Of a stretch of DNA of 64,000 nt, positions 12,801 to 31,740 are shown one piece after another (position 1 is the first letter of the stretch; each line of letters starts with the position of its first letter). A program made the position numbers and the translations under genes. The notes under the pieces were generated by a model. That model searched no databases. It saw only the letters and a list, made by a program, of their open reading frames with translations, and was not told where the DNA came from. The DNA is from Bugula neritina (taxonomy: Eukaryota; Animalia; Bryozoa), in contig OZ037772.1 of the NCBI GenBank assembly GCA_964035545.1, positions 2,976,001-3,040,000 of the forward strand. Reading direction: 5' to 3'.

Positions 12801-14634
12801 TTGCAGACAGTGAAGACAGTCTGGGACTGAAGCTGCTGCAGCCACCATCTTCTCTCCAGCCTGATGGACTTCTTGTACGTGACTGGTGTCTCTCGGTAAA
12901 CATCTCAGCTGATGGACATCTCATGTGTCCGACACTAGAAGGTGTAAAAGTAATAAATAGAGACACTCTGGATACTATCAGCTCAGTGAAGGACACCAAC
13001 ACTACAGTGTGGAGGGAGATAATCCAACCTGAAGGGGTGATGGTTGGCAGGTGGTATAACAGAGAGGAGGAAACAGCTGAAGTCTCACTTCTTGATCCGA
13101 ACTCCTTTGAGAAGACTCGCTCCCTCTACAAGCAGCCATTAGATGTACCCGCTTACCATAGAATAGCTCAGCACGACTCACTGCTCTGTATTGTAGACAG
13201 GAGTGAGAAACAGCTGGTAGTCTGTAATCTAATTGACAATAAAATACAGAAGTTCCCACTTCCTGAGATGAAGAACCCTCGACCTGTATGCATCCTCCCA
13301 GACTCAACTCTCCTCGTAGGAGACTTCACTGTAGATGGTAAAGTGAGAAGATATAAAGTGGAGAACACAACTCTCACTCTAATGTGGGAGTTTCCTCACA
13401 TCTCATATCCATCTGGTATTTCCTTTGATCCAACATCTGAATTGATTCACATCTGTACAGGGAGAGGACCTCTCCTCATCCTCTCACTTGAAGGTAAATA
13501 CTCTGTTTATTATAGTAAGTTTAGTTACTTTATATATAATTATGTTGCAGTAAATAATATATTTTAATAATTAACAGTAAACAACTTCCACTCATAAGAT
13601 ATATTATGATATTGTTAGTATTTATCAAGTCACTGATGTTATTTTTAGCTAAAAGTTATGTAATAAAGACTGTAACATGCTGATAGTAGATGTTCTATTC
13701 TTCATCATATGACTTGTAGCTAATAATAATATCAGTGAATAATACTGTCTCCCTGCAATAAGTTTATTTCCAGCTGCAGTAACATGCAGGATGTAAGCAC
13801 AGGTAAAAGTGTATATTACATTGTATAGGTTTAACGTGTACTCTGTGTAGTGTGCAGTGAGCTCTTAGTAAACTCTCTATTCAGTCTTCCTTTCCAAGGG
13901 TTCACCTGGTAGTGTAGAGGATAGGGACTCCACACTGCTAAGTGAGTTGGTGCTGCAAGGGGTTCAAACCCACCCATCAGCGTGTCTAGTTAGTATACTA
14001 TGCAAGTGTTTTACAGTAATTTTAGAGGTGCTCAGTCTAACAACTGTACAGACTGCCAGCTACACATGAGTTATAAGTTGTAGTCTGACTTCAGTCTAGT
14101 GCTGCTATTGTTTTGGTCATCAGATAATTTAAATGTAAATAATTTGATACTTTTTGAGTGCCATTGCTGAGACTATTGTAATTTGATGATGGCTGGTAGA
14201 GCAGTGTTTGCTGGTGGGACTCAGGTGGCTGTGGTTGGTTCTTGTCAAGTATTTAATATGTGATAATGTTGGAGTAGCTGCAGTGGTATTAGAAGTAGAC
14301 ATGTGGGTGTGTTCTTGCTCAGAGCCACAGGCTAAGTTTGTGGGTCAAGGTCAATACAGTTGTATAAGGAGACACTATTTTCTGCTGTTTGAATATTTAC
14401 TTCATGCACATAACCTGCTTAGTTCCATCTTTAAAGGCAGTCTGTCTGTTTCTCTCAATACACACCAACTGATACAATATGATGCTATTGTTTACAGGTC
14501 AACTGGTGCTTACTGTTCCCAGAGAAAGTCTTGGTGTGAGTGACTGGGTGTGGGACATTGCTGCGTATAACAGAGACACAGTGTTTCTAGCATGTAGATA
14601 TGATGGTCTGAGGAGATACACAATAAAATACTAA
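6864..14634 (+). CDS. TRIM-family E3 ubiquitin ligase-like protein (RING-Bbox1-Bbox2-coiled coil-NHL/beta-propeller-like), 620 aa, spliced
   Basis: Coding exons 6864-7045, 9084-9264, 9462-9651, 11500-11705, 12132-12411, 12807-13493, 14498-14634; all GT-AG and phase-compatible (1863 nt, ends TAA). C3HC4 RING CGYC..LPCLHVYCMRC..CAYC; B-box1 CDVC..FCLES..LCQQH; B-box2 CEHH..CSKC..FCMRC; helical segment; NHL-like PRPVCILPD and PSGISFDP repeats. Confidence 0.9.
7610..7747 (+). mobile_element. Terminal fragment of the same hAT family
   Basis: GCAAGAGCTCAAA...GGGGATTCTCCCAAGTTGGGAACCACT resembles 11183-11288. Confidence 0.6.
9906..11288 (+). mobile_element. Non-autonomous hAT (Charlie-like) element, copy 2, in a TRIM intron
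   Basis: Termini CAGTGGTGTCCCACC and GTTGGGAGCCACTG; 8-bp TSD CTTTAACT/CTCTAACT; internal ~48-bp duplication at ~10817 and ~11095. Confidence 0.8.
9962..10728. mobile_element. Kolobok-like non-autonomous DNA transposon nested in the hAT element
   Basis: Perfect 16-bp TIR AGGATTGCTCTATCTT / AAGATAGAGCAATCCT flanked by TTAA (9958-9961, 10729-10732); a TTAA TSD with AG..CT termini is characteristic of Kolobok; insertion absent from hAT copy 1. Confidence 0.8.
13898..13985 (+). mobile_element. Possible tRNA-derived SINE head remnant
   Basis: A-box-like TGGTAGTGTAGAGG (13907) and B-box GGTTCAAACC (13961-13970); no cloverleaf evident. Confidence 0.35.
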
Positions 14635-14811
14635 ACTTATCAGCTACAGTTTACTAATAATTAGCTCAGTGAGGTACTGAGAGATAAAATGGATAATATT
14701 TGTCATCAACATAATTATATTCATTACAATTCATCAATACACACACTCTGTAATTATAGTTGGATATGAGATGTTTTACTGTATCAAATATATGTTGCTA
14801 TTTTACTATCT

Positions 14812-14817
14812 AATAAA
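14812..14817 (+). terminator. Candidate polyadenylation signal of the TRIM gene
   Basis: AATAAA ~180 nt after the stop codon, followed by T/GT-rich sequence. Confidence 0.5.
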
Positions 14818-15356
14818 GTTTATTTGTTAGTGAAAACATAGTCTGTTTTCATGCCTCATAAGCTTTAGTTCAAGTTGAGTTTGGTTAGTAAAAATAATCT
14901 TTACTGGAGCAGTAACTGTAAATGACTTGTCTGTGGGAGAATTTATTCAGTGAGTTGACATGCAGGTGCAAGTAATTCCAACATGACTAAGTAAATTTAT
15001 TCCAACCATTCATAATAATATACATTCCATTGCTGTGTACAACAGCAATGAGTAGCCAATCAAATTGTTTCTTGTCGTGCAATCAGGAATCTGATAAATA
15101 ATATATAAGGCAATCAACTAGATATAAACACTGTATTACTCTACACATGAGCTGTCTATGATACAGCTGTTTTGTAAACTGTGTGTAATTTGATGAGTTT
15201 AGTTCAATTGGTTGCAGTTTAATTATGACATGTTCCCCATTCACCTGGTAGAAATACCTTGTGTGCACAGACAAGTTGTAATGACTAACAGAAACTTTTT
15301 CAGTAGGTTCCAGTTCATCTTGAATATAATAGTACAGCTTGTTGTCATTTGGTCTC

Positions 15357-15747
15357 CATAGTATTGATGGTACACTACCTTGTTTGGCCTCAATAGTATT
15401 GATAGTATACTACCTTGTTTGGCCTCAATAGTATTGATGGTAGACTACCTTGTTTAGCCTCACTAGTATTGATGGTACACTACCTTGTCTGGCCTTAATA
15501 TTATAGATGGTACATTACCTTGTTTGGCCTCAATAGTATTGATGGTATACTACCTTGTTTGGCCTCAATAGTATTGGTGGTAGACTACCTTGTTTGGCCT
15601 CAATAGTATTGATGGTATACTACCTTGTTTGGCCTCAATAGTATTGATGGTATACTACTTTGTTTGACCTCAATAGTGTTGATGGTAGACTACCTTGTTT
15701 AGCCTCAATAGTATAGATGGTACACTACCTTGTTTGGCCTCAATAGT
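15357..15747. repeat. 35-bp minisatellite (TAGTATTGATGGTACACTACCTTGTTTGGCCTCAA), ~11 copies
   Basis: Period of 35 seen directly (15361, 15396, ...). Confidence 0.95.
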
Positions 15748-17396
15748 CTTGCTAACAGCACAACTTACAAGATTCAACTAATTTAACTTGTTGAGATTTA
15801 CATGAATATAATACATATGAAATGTGAAAATAGCATTAAAAGTCAAGCAAGGAATTCACATTTTGACACAATTATATACTTTCACTTGAAGGTCAGCTTG
15901 ATGAACCAATATGAACTGCTCACAGAGTTTACTGTGTAGGATTTGCACCTAGAATATTCAGTTACATCAAAGCTAAGTGAAGAATCTAACAGTTGATTTA
16001 TTCTGTTGAAAGTTAATGTGTTGAGTATTGATCTTATTACCCAACTTCACCCTTTTTACTGTAGAGTTTGTTGATGTAAGTTCACTTAATTAAACTATCC
16101 TCATGCAAGGGGTAGGGGTGGAGTATTATTGTGAATTTATGCTTTACTTGTTATTATAGGGTCTATTTAGGCAAAGCTATTTCACCAGGTTTGTGATTGC
16201 TAACACTTTATTCTATTTATTTCAAGATACTAATAAAACTGTACAACTATCAAAAACACGTTCATAATAAGAGAGAGAATATACAAGACTTTACAATAAC
16301 AATTCCAAGCGCTCTCTGCCTGCTAGTCAAATAGACTAGGGCGCACTACAAGTATTCAGCTCCGCCTACTATTAATTATTAACAGTCACTGATTGGCCAT
16401 CACGATGGCACCATCACACTAGTTGATCTGCATGCTGCAAAATGCATCATGTCCTCTAGTTAAAGTGTGTGCATCTTCATTATTCAATGAAATTATCAAA
16501 CTATATTATTTAACTGTAACATTATCCTAGTGAAACCTCTTATCTGTTCCTCCTATTCACTAATCATCAAATTATTCTCCTCTACCAAATCAATACATTG
16601 TGCAGACTCCATATTTAATCTCCTCTACATACAGTTTATATTCTAGCTATCAGAGTCATGATTCTACATCACATGAATGTTCTCTACTTTAACAAGAGAA
16701 TAGCCAACTATAAAAACCTGCTATAGCACACAATATAGCAACCTGTTATAACATGACATACAGTACATCAATATTCATTCACTACACAAAATATCTCAAT
16801 ACACATAACAACTGGAGCTGCTGAAGTTCAATGGCTTATACAAGTTGAATTGAACAAAACACTACGTTGTTCTTCAGCATATCAACTAGTATGAGTAGTG
16901 TGGAGAGATCTTTTATATATATAAAAACTTGTGTTTGAAGGAAATATTAAATTATATTATTTCTCTTAGCATCACATGTAGCATGAATATCAACTTATAG
17001 TTAGTGAGTTACTAGAAGTTTCTTTGTAACGGAATCCAGTCCGGGTTCCCCTGCAGTTCCATCTCAACGAGTCTGGCCTGAGCTGAGGTCACTGCATGAT
17101 GACATCATTCACTAGGTTCTTCTTGGTGTCTGGAAATTTTCCACCAGTTACTCCAGTGACTGAAAGTGAAGCACTAATACCAGTGACACGGTCTCATACT
17201 CACTTGCTGAGTCATTGTGATTATTAGTTGATGACTTAATGTTTTAGTGAAGTTATAGTTATAGTTAACTTAAAGTCCTACTGATACTGATAGCTAATAT
17301 GCCCCTCAGTCTCATCTTCACTATCAGTAATTGTAATACTGATAGTAAGACTAACTAACGTCTAATGCTAAGTTCAACTACTAATTATTACACTTC

Positions 17397-17464
<68 letters not shown>

Positions 17465-17706
17465 ATGAGAGTACCAGTAGTAGTAGTAGTAGCGTTAGTA
17501 GTAGTAGCGGTAGTAGTAATGGGAGTACTAGTAGTAGTAATGGGAGTACTAGTAGTAGTAGCAGTAGTAGTGGTAGTACTAGTAGTAGTAGTAGTAGCAG
17601 CAGCAGCAGCAGTAGTACTAGTAGTAGTAGTAGTGGCAGCAGCAGTAGCAGCAGCAGTAGTAGTAGTAGCAGTAGTAGTAATGAGAGTACCAGTAGTAGT
17701 AGTAGC

Positions 17707-17740
<34 letters not shown>

Positions 17741-17997
17741 CTAGTAGTAATGAGAGTACCAGTAGTAGTAGTAGCAGCAGTAGCAGTAGTAGTACTAGTA
17801 GTAATGAGAGTACCAGTAGTAGTAGTAGTAGTAGTAGCAGTAGTACTAGTAGTACTAGTAGTAGTGGTGGTAGTAGTAGTGGTAGTGGTAGTAGTACCAG
17901 TAGCAGTACTAGTAGTACCAGTAGCAGTACTAGTAGTAGTACCAGTAGCAGCAGTAGCAGTAGTAGTACTAGTAGTAGTAGCAGTAGTAGTAGTAGA
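17397..17997. repeat. Compound (AGT/AGC)n trinucleotide microsatellite
   Basis: Seen directly; source of the poly-Ser and poly-Val ORFs. Confidence 0.95.
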
Positions 17998-18262
17998 TGG
18001 AGGTTACCAATTCTGTCACTAAATTAAACCGGCAATAGCTTTCCACACTGGCCGGTCAGCACTTTATCTACATGAAATCCGCACATAAGCCAAAGTTGGG
18101 GCTAGCATGTATCCCTAGGCTCACTCTCCTAGATGCTACAAATGCTGTCACCGTGCCAACTCTTGCAGGTCAATATACAACCCAACAGGAAACTAAAGAC
18201 AACAGAACGGGGCTGACAAACCAACCAATCAAATTATAAAGAAAGAGGAACTCATGACTCAC

Positions 18263-24690
<6,428 letters not shown>

Positions 24691-25729
24691 TGTTCATATT
24701 GACACTGACATTATGAAGTTAATAGTGATATTTCATTTTCAATAGTAGGGCTTTTAGATGGTATTGATTCATCCACAATGAGAAATACTTGCAAATGTTG
24801 ATAAATTATTTTATGATTGAATTGGTGAGTTATAATGTGTATTATTCAAATGTGAACACTGAACATGATCTGGTCACCTTGATTACCTCATATTGATTCA
24901 TCGCAATTGTCAGTATAATTGTGCCATAGAGAATTCTATTAAGTTTGAAAATTGACATTCAGTTTCACATTCAGTGACCCATGCTTAGTGTTACATTGGC
25001 CTTTAGGCTTAAAGCAACGAAATCTAACAGTAATTCTATCTATAAGTATATTTATATTATTATCAAGTATTAGCATTATGACATAAAATTTAACTTGAAG
25101 CCTGTCAGTTATAGTGTCTACGAAATTAAATTCCAAAAATAAAAAAAAAACAAAAATAACAACTTTTATTCACGCTTCAACTTTCAAAACGAAGACTAAG
25201 TTCAGCCCAACGAGGTAAGAAATGATCATTTAATCAGTTAATCACAATGCCTAGTATGTTATCACATTCACCCAAGCTTTCACTGTGAATCACAATGATT
25301 TTGAGTATGATTTAATGAGTATGGCAATCCCAACGACAATAAGTATAACTGTGAGTGTGAGTGACTGACTGAGTGTGACTGATAAGAGCCAGGCCAATGC
25401 CAGGGGCAATCGCAATCACAATCGGTATGACTGAATCACTATCAGTATAAGTATTACAATCACAAAGTCAAATGACAATGCCAATAGCACTATCAATATC
25501 ATATTGAATTGAATTTTGAATGCGAATATCAAATAGCACCCTCTTACTATTAGTTATTAGTATTAGTATTAGTATTACTTACAACTTGCTTATGCAAGAG
25601 AATTAAATCTTTAAAGCGTAGCATCCTTTTCAAGCAAAATAAGGATAATAAGTTTCGTCAAATTGAGTTAAAAACTACAACTTATAAGTCACATGTATTA
25701 AGCAACTCATGCTCAGTCATCACTAATCC

Positions 25730-26085
25730 TAGTGGGTACGGCAAGCATATAGCATAATTTATTTTACAATGCTACAAGATTATCTAGACGGTGCGCTTAC
25801 GCCTCTCATTCTACTTAAGCAATATCCAATTGTATGGTTTTTATGACTTTAAAATCCGTTTTTGAGAAGCAAGGCTAGATAGAAATTAACGATCGATATT
25901 GACTCGCTAAGAGTACTCATGTAAACCCGCAAACTACAACTTTTAACCCGACCGCAAAGCTGGAAGTACGATAAGCGTCGCCGTATTGATTTCAGGCGAA
26001 TTTTAGTTGATTTCTTTCAAACTGCTGAGAAGTGATATTTGCTTCCATTTTATGTCTGTATCAGCCATCAGGGCTATCGCGATAC
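25730..26085. promoter_or_regulatory. Putative bidirectional promoter (CpG-enriched core)
   Basis: Cluster of CpGs (GACGGTGCGC, ACCCGCAAA, CGACCGCAAAG, GCGTCGCCG) between the 5' end of the minus-strand C6orf136-like gene and plus-strand exons; flanked on both sides by 6-bp-periodic tracts. Confidence 0.5.
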
Positions 26086-27129
26086 AATTATAAATGTTCT
26101 TAATTCAATCAATATTATGAAATAATTAATGTAGGAAATTCAATTTTGACTATATAGAATAATCTCAATCTGAATAAGTATTATTTATTTATTGTAACAC
26201 TTGCACTTCGTCTTACTCTTACTCTTACAGTTACTCTTAGTCAAATAACATTAACATTAACATACTCATACTCAATCTCCAACTCAATCTTATACTGAGT
26301 CTGATACTCATAGTCATAGCCATAGTCTTTGCCAGATTATTGCTAGATAATTTAGGCTAGTACTAGTACTACTACTAGTACTAGTAGTAGTACTACTAGT
26401 ACTAATAATCACAGTACTAATAGTAATAGTATTAGAGTAATACTAATACTAATACTAATAGTAATACTACCACTAGTAGTAGCAGTAGTGCTGGTAGTAG
26501 TAGGCTACATGATGATGATCATTATGATTATGAAGATGGTTATTACTATAACTATTACGGTATGAGTATAACTATAACTGTATTAGTATTTGATTTTATT
26601 TTGCATTGCTAATTGAAGACCATGCGTTAAAATTAACTGTTTCTCTCCTTTCTCTACATTTCAAGTTGCACACTAATAGACATATATGCTTTCAAATTTT
26701 TTGGTCTATCTTTAAGTTGTGAAACTTGACCAGTATGACTACAACTAACTGTAACTAGAATAAAATATTGGATGATAGAGAAGTTCCATACAGTTACACC
26801 TCCTTTGACTTGTGCTACCGTCGGTAGTGCTAAAAGAGTGGAGCCAAAGAAAAGCATAATCACAGAATTCACAGCCTGCTGGTTTGAGATTTTTGTGGTC
26901 TAGAGATTGTACTGGGTTACAGAGATCTTTTTCCCGTCTGTGAATTTTTGATCCCTGCGGTTGTTTCTGACTGTGGGTAGTTGGAGGTGTTGAGGGAGTG
27001 GGCTCACTGGGTAGGCTATATTATTGTAATCATATTAACCAACTTGACAGTTTACTAATTCATTGTCTAACTCTGTCTGTCTTAGTCTAGTAACACTATT
27101 TATTTATTTATTTACTTAATAATTTAATT

Positions 27130-27890
27130 AAATTACTAGTTTATATTACCAAGGTATATTACTAGTTTATGTTACCAAGTTATATCACTATTTTATGTTA
27201 CCAAGTTAAATTACTAGTTTATATTACCAAGTTATATTACTAGTTTATATCACCAAGTTATATTACTAGTTTATGTTACCAAGTTATATTACTAGTTTAT
27301 ATTACCAAGTTATATTACTAGTTTATGTTACCAAGTTAAATTACTAGTTTATATTACCAAGGTATATTACCAGTTTATGTTACCAAGTTATATTACTAGT
27401 TTATATTACCAAGTTATATTACTAGTTTATGTTACCAAGTTAAATTACTAGTTTATATTACCAAGTTATATTACTAGTTTATATTACCAAGTTATATTAC
27501 TAATTTATGTTACCAAGTTTACTAGTTAATGCTACCAAGTTATATTACTAGTTTTTGTTACCAAGTTATATTACTAGTTTTTGTTACCAAGCTATATTAC
27601 TAGTTTATGTTACCAATTTATATTACTAGTTTATATTACCAAGTTATATTACTAGTTTATATCACCAAGTTATATTACTAGTTTATGTTACCAAGTTATA
27701 TTACTAGTTTATATTACCAAGTTATATTACTAGTTTATATTACCAAGTTATATTACTAGTTTATGTTACCAAGTTATATTACTAGTTTATATTACCAAGT
27801 TATATTACTAGTTTATATTACCAAGTTATATTACTAGTTTATATCACCAAGTTAAATTACTAGTTTATATTACCAAGTTATTAGACTAGT
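27130..27890. repeat. 26-bp minisatellite (TTACTAGTTTAT[A/G]TTACCAAGTTATA)n, ~29 copies
   Basis: Period of 26 seen directly. Confidence 0.95.
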
Positions 27891-28318
27891 TATTAGAGTA
27901 GTTTATCTCTACATATTTTGTTTGCGATTTTTCAGTAGATACGAGGCATCACACTCGGTGTGATTATCAGCATTTTTTTGTAGAGATCAAATTTATCAAA
28001 AAGAGTTTCATACACTTGTATTTACTTAGACTCGGACTGTGTTGGTGTGTGTGTGGGAGGACTTTGCTCAGACACCTGCAAGTACGAGCTGTCATGCACA
28101 CTTGGCGGGACGTGTCAAGGTGGCAGGTGCTTCTATCCGTGTACTGACAACACAGCCTGTCCTAGTGATGGACAGATCTGTCACCATGGTGTCTGTAAAG
28201 AGGGTTGTCAGGTGAGTCTTTTATGACTAGTCACTATGACTTATACTGAGAGTTATTTATAAACCTTAGACTTTGAGTTATGACTACCTACTACTGCGAG
28301 ACCAAGTAGCTGCTGTAA

Positions 28319-28430
28319 CTTATACTGTGAGTCATGACTAACTGAAATCACTTATACTGTGAGTCATGACTAACTGATAAAACTTATACTGTGAGTCATG
28401 ACTAACTGATAACACTTATACTGTGAGTCA
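28319..28430. repeat. 32-bp tandem repeat, ~3.5 copies
   Basis: TATACTGTGAGTCATGACTAACTGA at 28321, 28353, 28385 and (partial) 28417. Confidence 0.85.
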
Positions 28431-28683
28431 ATTATCAAAAATAGCAAAGAAGTAGAGATATGTTGTGTATGTGAGATATGTGAGGTTATTTAGTGACTAG
28501 TTCGCTATTTATAGAGTTTTGTTTCTATTAATAGACTGTACTAAAGATGAACAATGTGGATCTGAATTTACTGAATGCATATCCAACATATGCTATCAGC
28601 TTTATCCTCTCAACGATCCAGATCTTTCTGATACCGAGCAGGACAGACTCTTTGATGATCCGCTGGATCTACAGAATGATGGT

Positions 28684-29847
28684 AAGTTACTCTGTTAGTA
28701 TAGTTACTCTGTTAGTACAGTTACTCTGTTAGTATAGTTACTCTGTTAGTATAGTTACTCTGTTAGTATAGTTACTCTGTTAGTATAGTTACTCTGTTAG
28801 TATAGTTACTCTGTTAGTATAGTTACTCTGTTAGTATAGTTACTCTGTTAGTATAGTTACTTTGTTAGTATAGTTACTCTGTCAGTATAGTTACTTTGTT
28901 AGTATAGTTACTCTGTTAGTATAGTTACTCTGTTAGTATAGTTACTCTGTTAGTATAGTTACTCTGTTAGTATAGTTACTCTGTTAGTACAGTTACTCTG
29001 TTAGTACAGTTACTCTGTTAGTACAGTTACTCTGTCAGTATAGTTACTCTGTTAGTATAGTTACTCTGTTAGTATAGTTACTCTGTTAGTATAGTTACTC
29101 TGTTAGTACAGTTACTCTGTTAGTACAGTTACTCTGTTAGTACAGTTACTCTGTCAGTATAGTTACTCTGTTAGTATAGTTACTCTGTTAGTATAGTTAC
29201 TCTGTCAGTATAGTTACTCTGTCAGTACAGTTACTCTGTTAGTATAGTTACTCTGTTAGTATAGTTACTCTGTTAGTATAGTTACTCTGTTAGTATAGTT
29301 ACTCTGTTAGTATAGTTACTCTGTTAGTATAGTTACTCTGTTAGTATAGTTACTCTGTTAGTACAGTTACTCTGTTAGTACAGTTACTCTGTTAGTACAG
29401 TTACTCTGTCAGTATAGTTACTCTGTCAGTATAGTTACTCTGTTAGTATAGTTACTCTGTCAGTATAGTTACTCTGTCAGTACAGTTACTCTGTTAGTAC
29501 AGTTACTCTGTCAGTATAGTTACTTTGTTAGTATAGTTACTCTGTTAGTATAGTTACTCTGTTAGTATAGTTACTCTGTTAGTATAGTTACTCTGTTAGT
29601 ACAGTTACTCTGTCAGTATAGTTACTCTGTCAGTATAGTTACTCTGTCAGTACAGTTACTCTGTTAGTACAGTTACTCTGTTAGTACAGTTACTCTGTTA
29701 GTACAGTTACTCTGCTAGTACAGTTACTCTGTTAGTATAGTTACTCTGTTAGTACAGTTACTCTGTTAGTATAGTTACTCTGTTAGTATAGTTACTCTGT
29801 TAGTACAGTTACTCTGTTAGTATAGTTACTCTGTTAGTATAGTTACA
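28684..29847. repeat. 17-bp minisatellite (AGTTACTCTGTTAGTA[T/C])n, ~68 copies, starting at a splice donor
   Basis: Seen directly; begins within GTAAGTTACTCTG at 28682. Confidence 0.96.
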
Positions 29848-31200
29848 GTAACAGTTTGCTAGTCATAATAACTTGCACTGTTAGTTGCTGGACAAGTTAT
29901 TCTACATCTCTTGTAGCCACAACCAAAGTGGTGTCTGTATATCCTGCTAGTGACTTGAGTAATGACTCATATGTCTCCTACAGTACGAGTGGTCAGCTTG
30001 CAGCAGTGTTGGAAGAGAGTGGAGACAACTTGGATCAGAGGTATAGGTATTGCTTAGTATAAGTTATACCATTACCATATATAAGCAGAATGACAGATGA
30101 ACTGACTGACAGACTGACTGACTGACTCACTGACTGGCTGACTGACTGGTTCCGAGTGTATTACCATCAGTAGTGGAGAGGAAGAAGGTTGTTGGTGTAC
30201 AGGGGGTACTCACTACTACAACCAAGCTTGTGTACCTGACATGACTAGTAAGTGTGTATCTACAGACAAGCAGAATGACAGATGAACTGACAAACTGACT
30301 GACTGACTGACTGACAGATAAACAGATAAACAGATAGGTAAATATCGATCACATATATAGCGAAGCTACCAACTGAGACCCAGACTGTGTTTTGATTTAG
30401 CATATACTGGTATATGATATCTTTCTACAATGTGTTTACAGTTTACTCTACAAAAGATAGTTCCATCAGATGGACTCACTCTACTCACGTGTAAGACTCA
30501 TCAAGAATGTCTACCCAATCAGATCTGTGTTAACGAGGTGTGCACACTGACGTGTGAAAGTGACTCTGAGTGTGCATCCAACCAGGTTAGATACTGCATA
30601 CATGTCTCTATCCTAGCAGGTATTTCACAAACTATTCTGAAACCCATACTTTTATTGTTCATTGTCTATGTATTCTCCACCATGTTTTTACTAGAAGTAA
30701 ACTTTATTTCAGTAATGAGTTTAAAATAAATTATTGTTTCGCATTGTACAGTTTATTATTGCCTGAATCTTGTAATAAGAATATTGACTGGCTTGACAAT
30801 ATCAGAGCAGCGACATGATTGGCTTAACAATACCAGAGCAGGGATGTGATTAGCTTTACAATATCAGAGCAGGGATGTTATTGGCTACTCTGTTCTGTTC
30901 TGCAGGGCTTCAGAGGAAATTGAGGGGAAACGGGATTGCCCTGTGCTGTAGGGGATTGCCCTGGAAAACCCGGACCTCAATGTCCAATGGGGGAGCCGGT
31001 CGACTGGGCTCAAGAGATTCCTCGGACCAGTCGGTGCTCCTGGTTATCCTAACCTGCAAGAACCGAGGTCAGTGAATAGTATCTTTGTGGGACTCACTGC
31101 TTGTGTGAGAGTTGTCTCCTCTGAAATATTTGGAAATATAGCTTGAGTTCCTTGCCCTGTATTATCAGTTAGCCACGCCTAGGTGTTTCACAGTTTATTA

Positions 31201-31740
31201 CAGGGTTGGGGTAATTGTAATTGTAATTGTAATTTGTTGTATTTAATTACATTTTTTCAAGTAATTGGATGTAATTTGTAATTGATGTATAAAAATGTAA
31301 TTGTAATTAATTACATATCTAATGTAATTGATTTTTACAATTACTTTACAATTACATCTCAATTACTTTAAACTTTCAAACCTTAAGAAATTCATTTTTT
31401 TAACATGCCTACTGTTAAATAACAAGTTCAGGTTAAGTCAATGTAGTATAGTATCAGTGTTGAGAACAAAGGAGGTTCACCACTGTCAAAATTGCCCCTG
31501 CTAGTTGGACCCTAGAGGTGAAATTGCATAACTTCCATTTGTCCTTTGTGAGAACAAAAGTAATTGTAATTGTAATTATTTGCATTGCCATGTAATTGTA
31601 ATTAATTGCTTTACAATGTAGTTTTGTACTGTAATTAATTACATTTATTTCAACTGTAATTATAATTATAATTGTAATTGACAAATTCTCATGTAATTGT
31701 AATTAGTTACATTCACATGTAATTGACCCCAACAACCCTG
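31201..31740. mobile_element. Non-autonomous hAT MITE with subterminal (GTAATT)n arrays
   Basis: Termini CAGGGTTGGGG / CCCCAACAACCCTG; perfect 8-bp TSD GTTTATTA (31193-31200, 31741-31748). Confidence 0.88.

Larger units (their letters stand above)
28030..30584 (+). pseudogene. Exons of a Cys-rich repeat extracellular-type protein; incomplete or fragmentary
   Basis: GT-AG exons ~28030-28211 (DSDCVGVCVGGLCSDTC..CTDNTACPSDGQICHHGVCKEGCQ), ~28536-28681 (CTKDEQCGSEFTECISNIC), ~29917-30040 and 30451-30584 (CKTHQECLPNQICVNEVCTLTCESDSECASNQ). Each exon is open, but phases between the first two do not join and no start or signal-peptide exon was found. Confidence 0.55.

Noticed and set aside
13898-13985. 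tRNA gene
   Set aside because: A/B-box-like motifs are present but there is no acceptor stem or cloverleaf; at most a SINE remnant.
15357-15747. 35-bp repeat of CRISPR-like length
   Set aside because: Units are head-to-tail with no unique spacers, there are no cas genes, and the context is eukaryotic.
16300-16420. Small CpG cluster with a CCAAT-like TGATTGGC
   Set aside because: No associated exon identified; could be a TE remnant.
17365-18027. Poly-Ser 220-aa and poly-Val 185-aa ORFs
   Set aside because: Trinucleotide microsatellite translations with no splice or domain support.
17000-18200. Candidate terminal exon(s) of the C6orf136-like gene (~18193-18149 or ~17160-17010)
   Set aside because: Several acceptors are possible and none gives a recognisable conserved C-terminus; left unassigned.
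26654-26872. Minus-strand ORF resembling a signal peptide (MLFFGSTLLALPTVAQVKG)
   Set aside because: No connected exons or homology recognisable; hydrophobic ORFs arise easily in AT-rich DNA.
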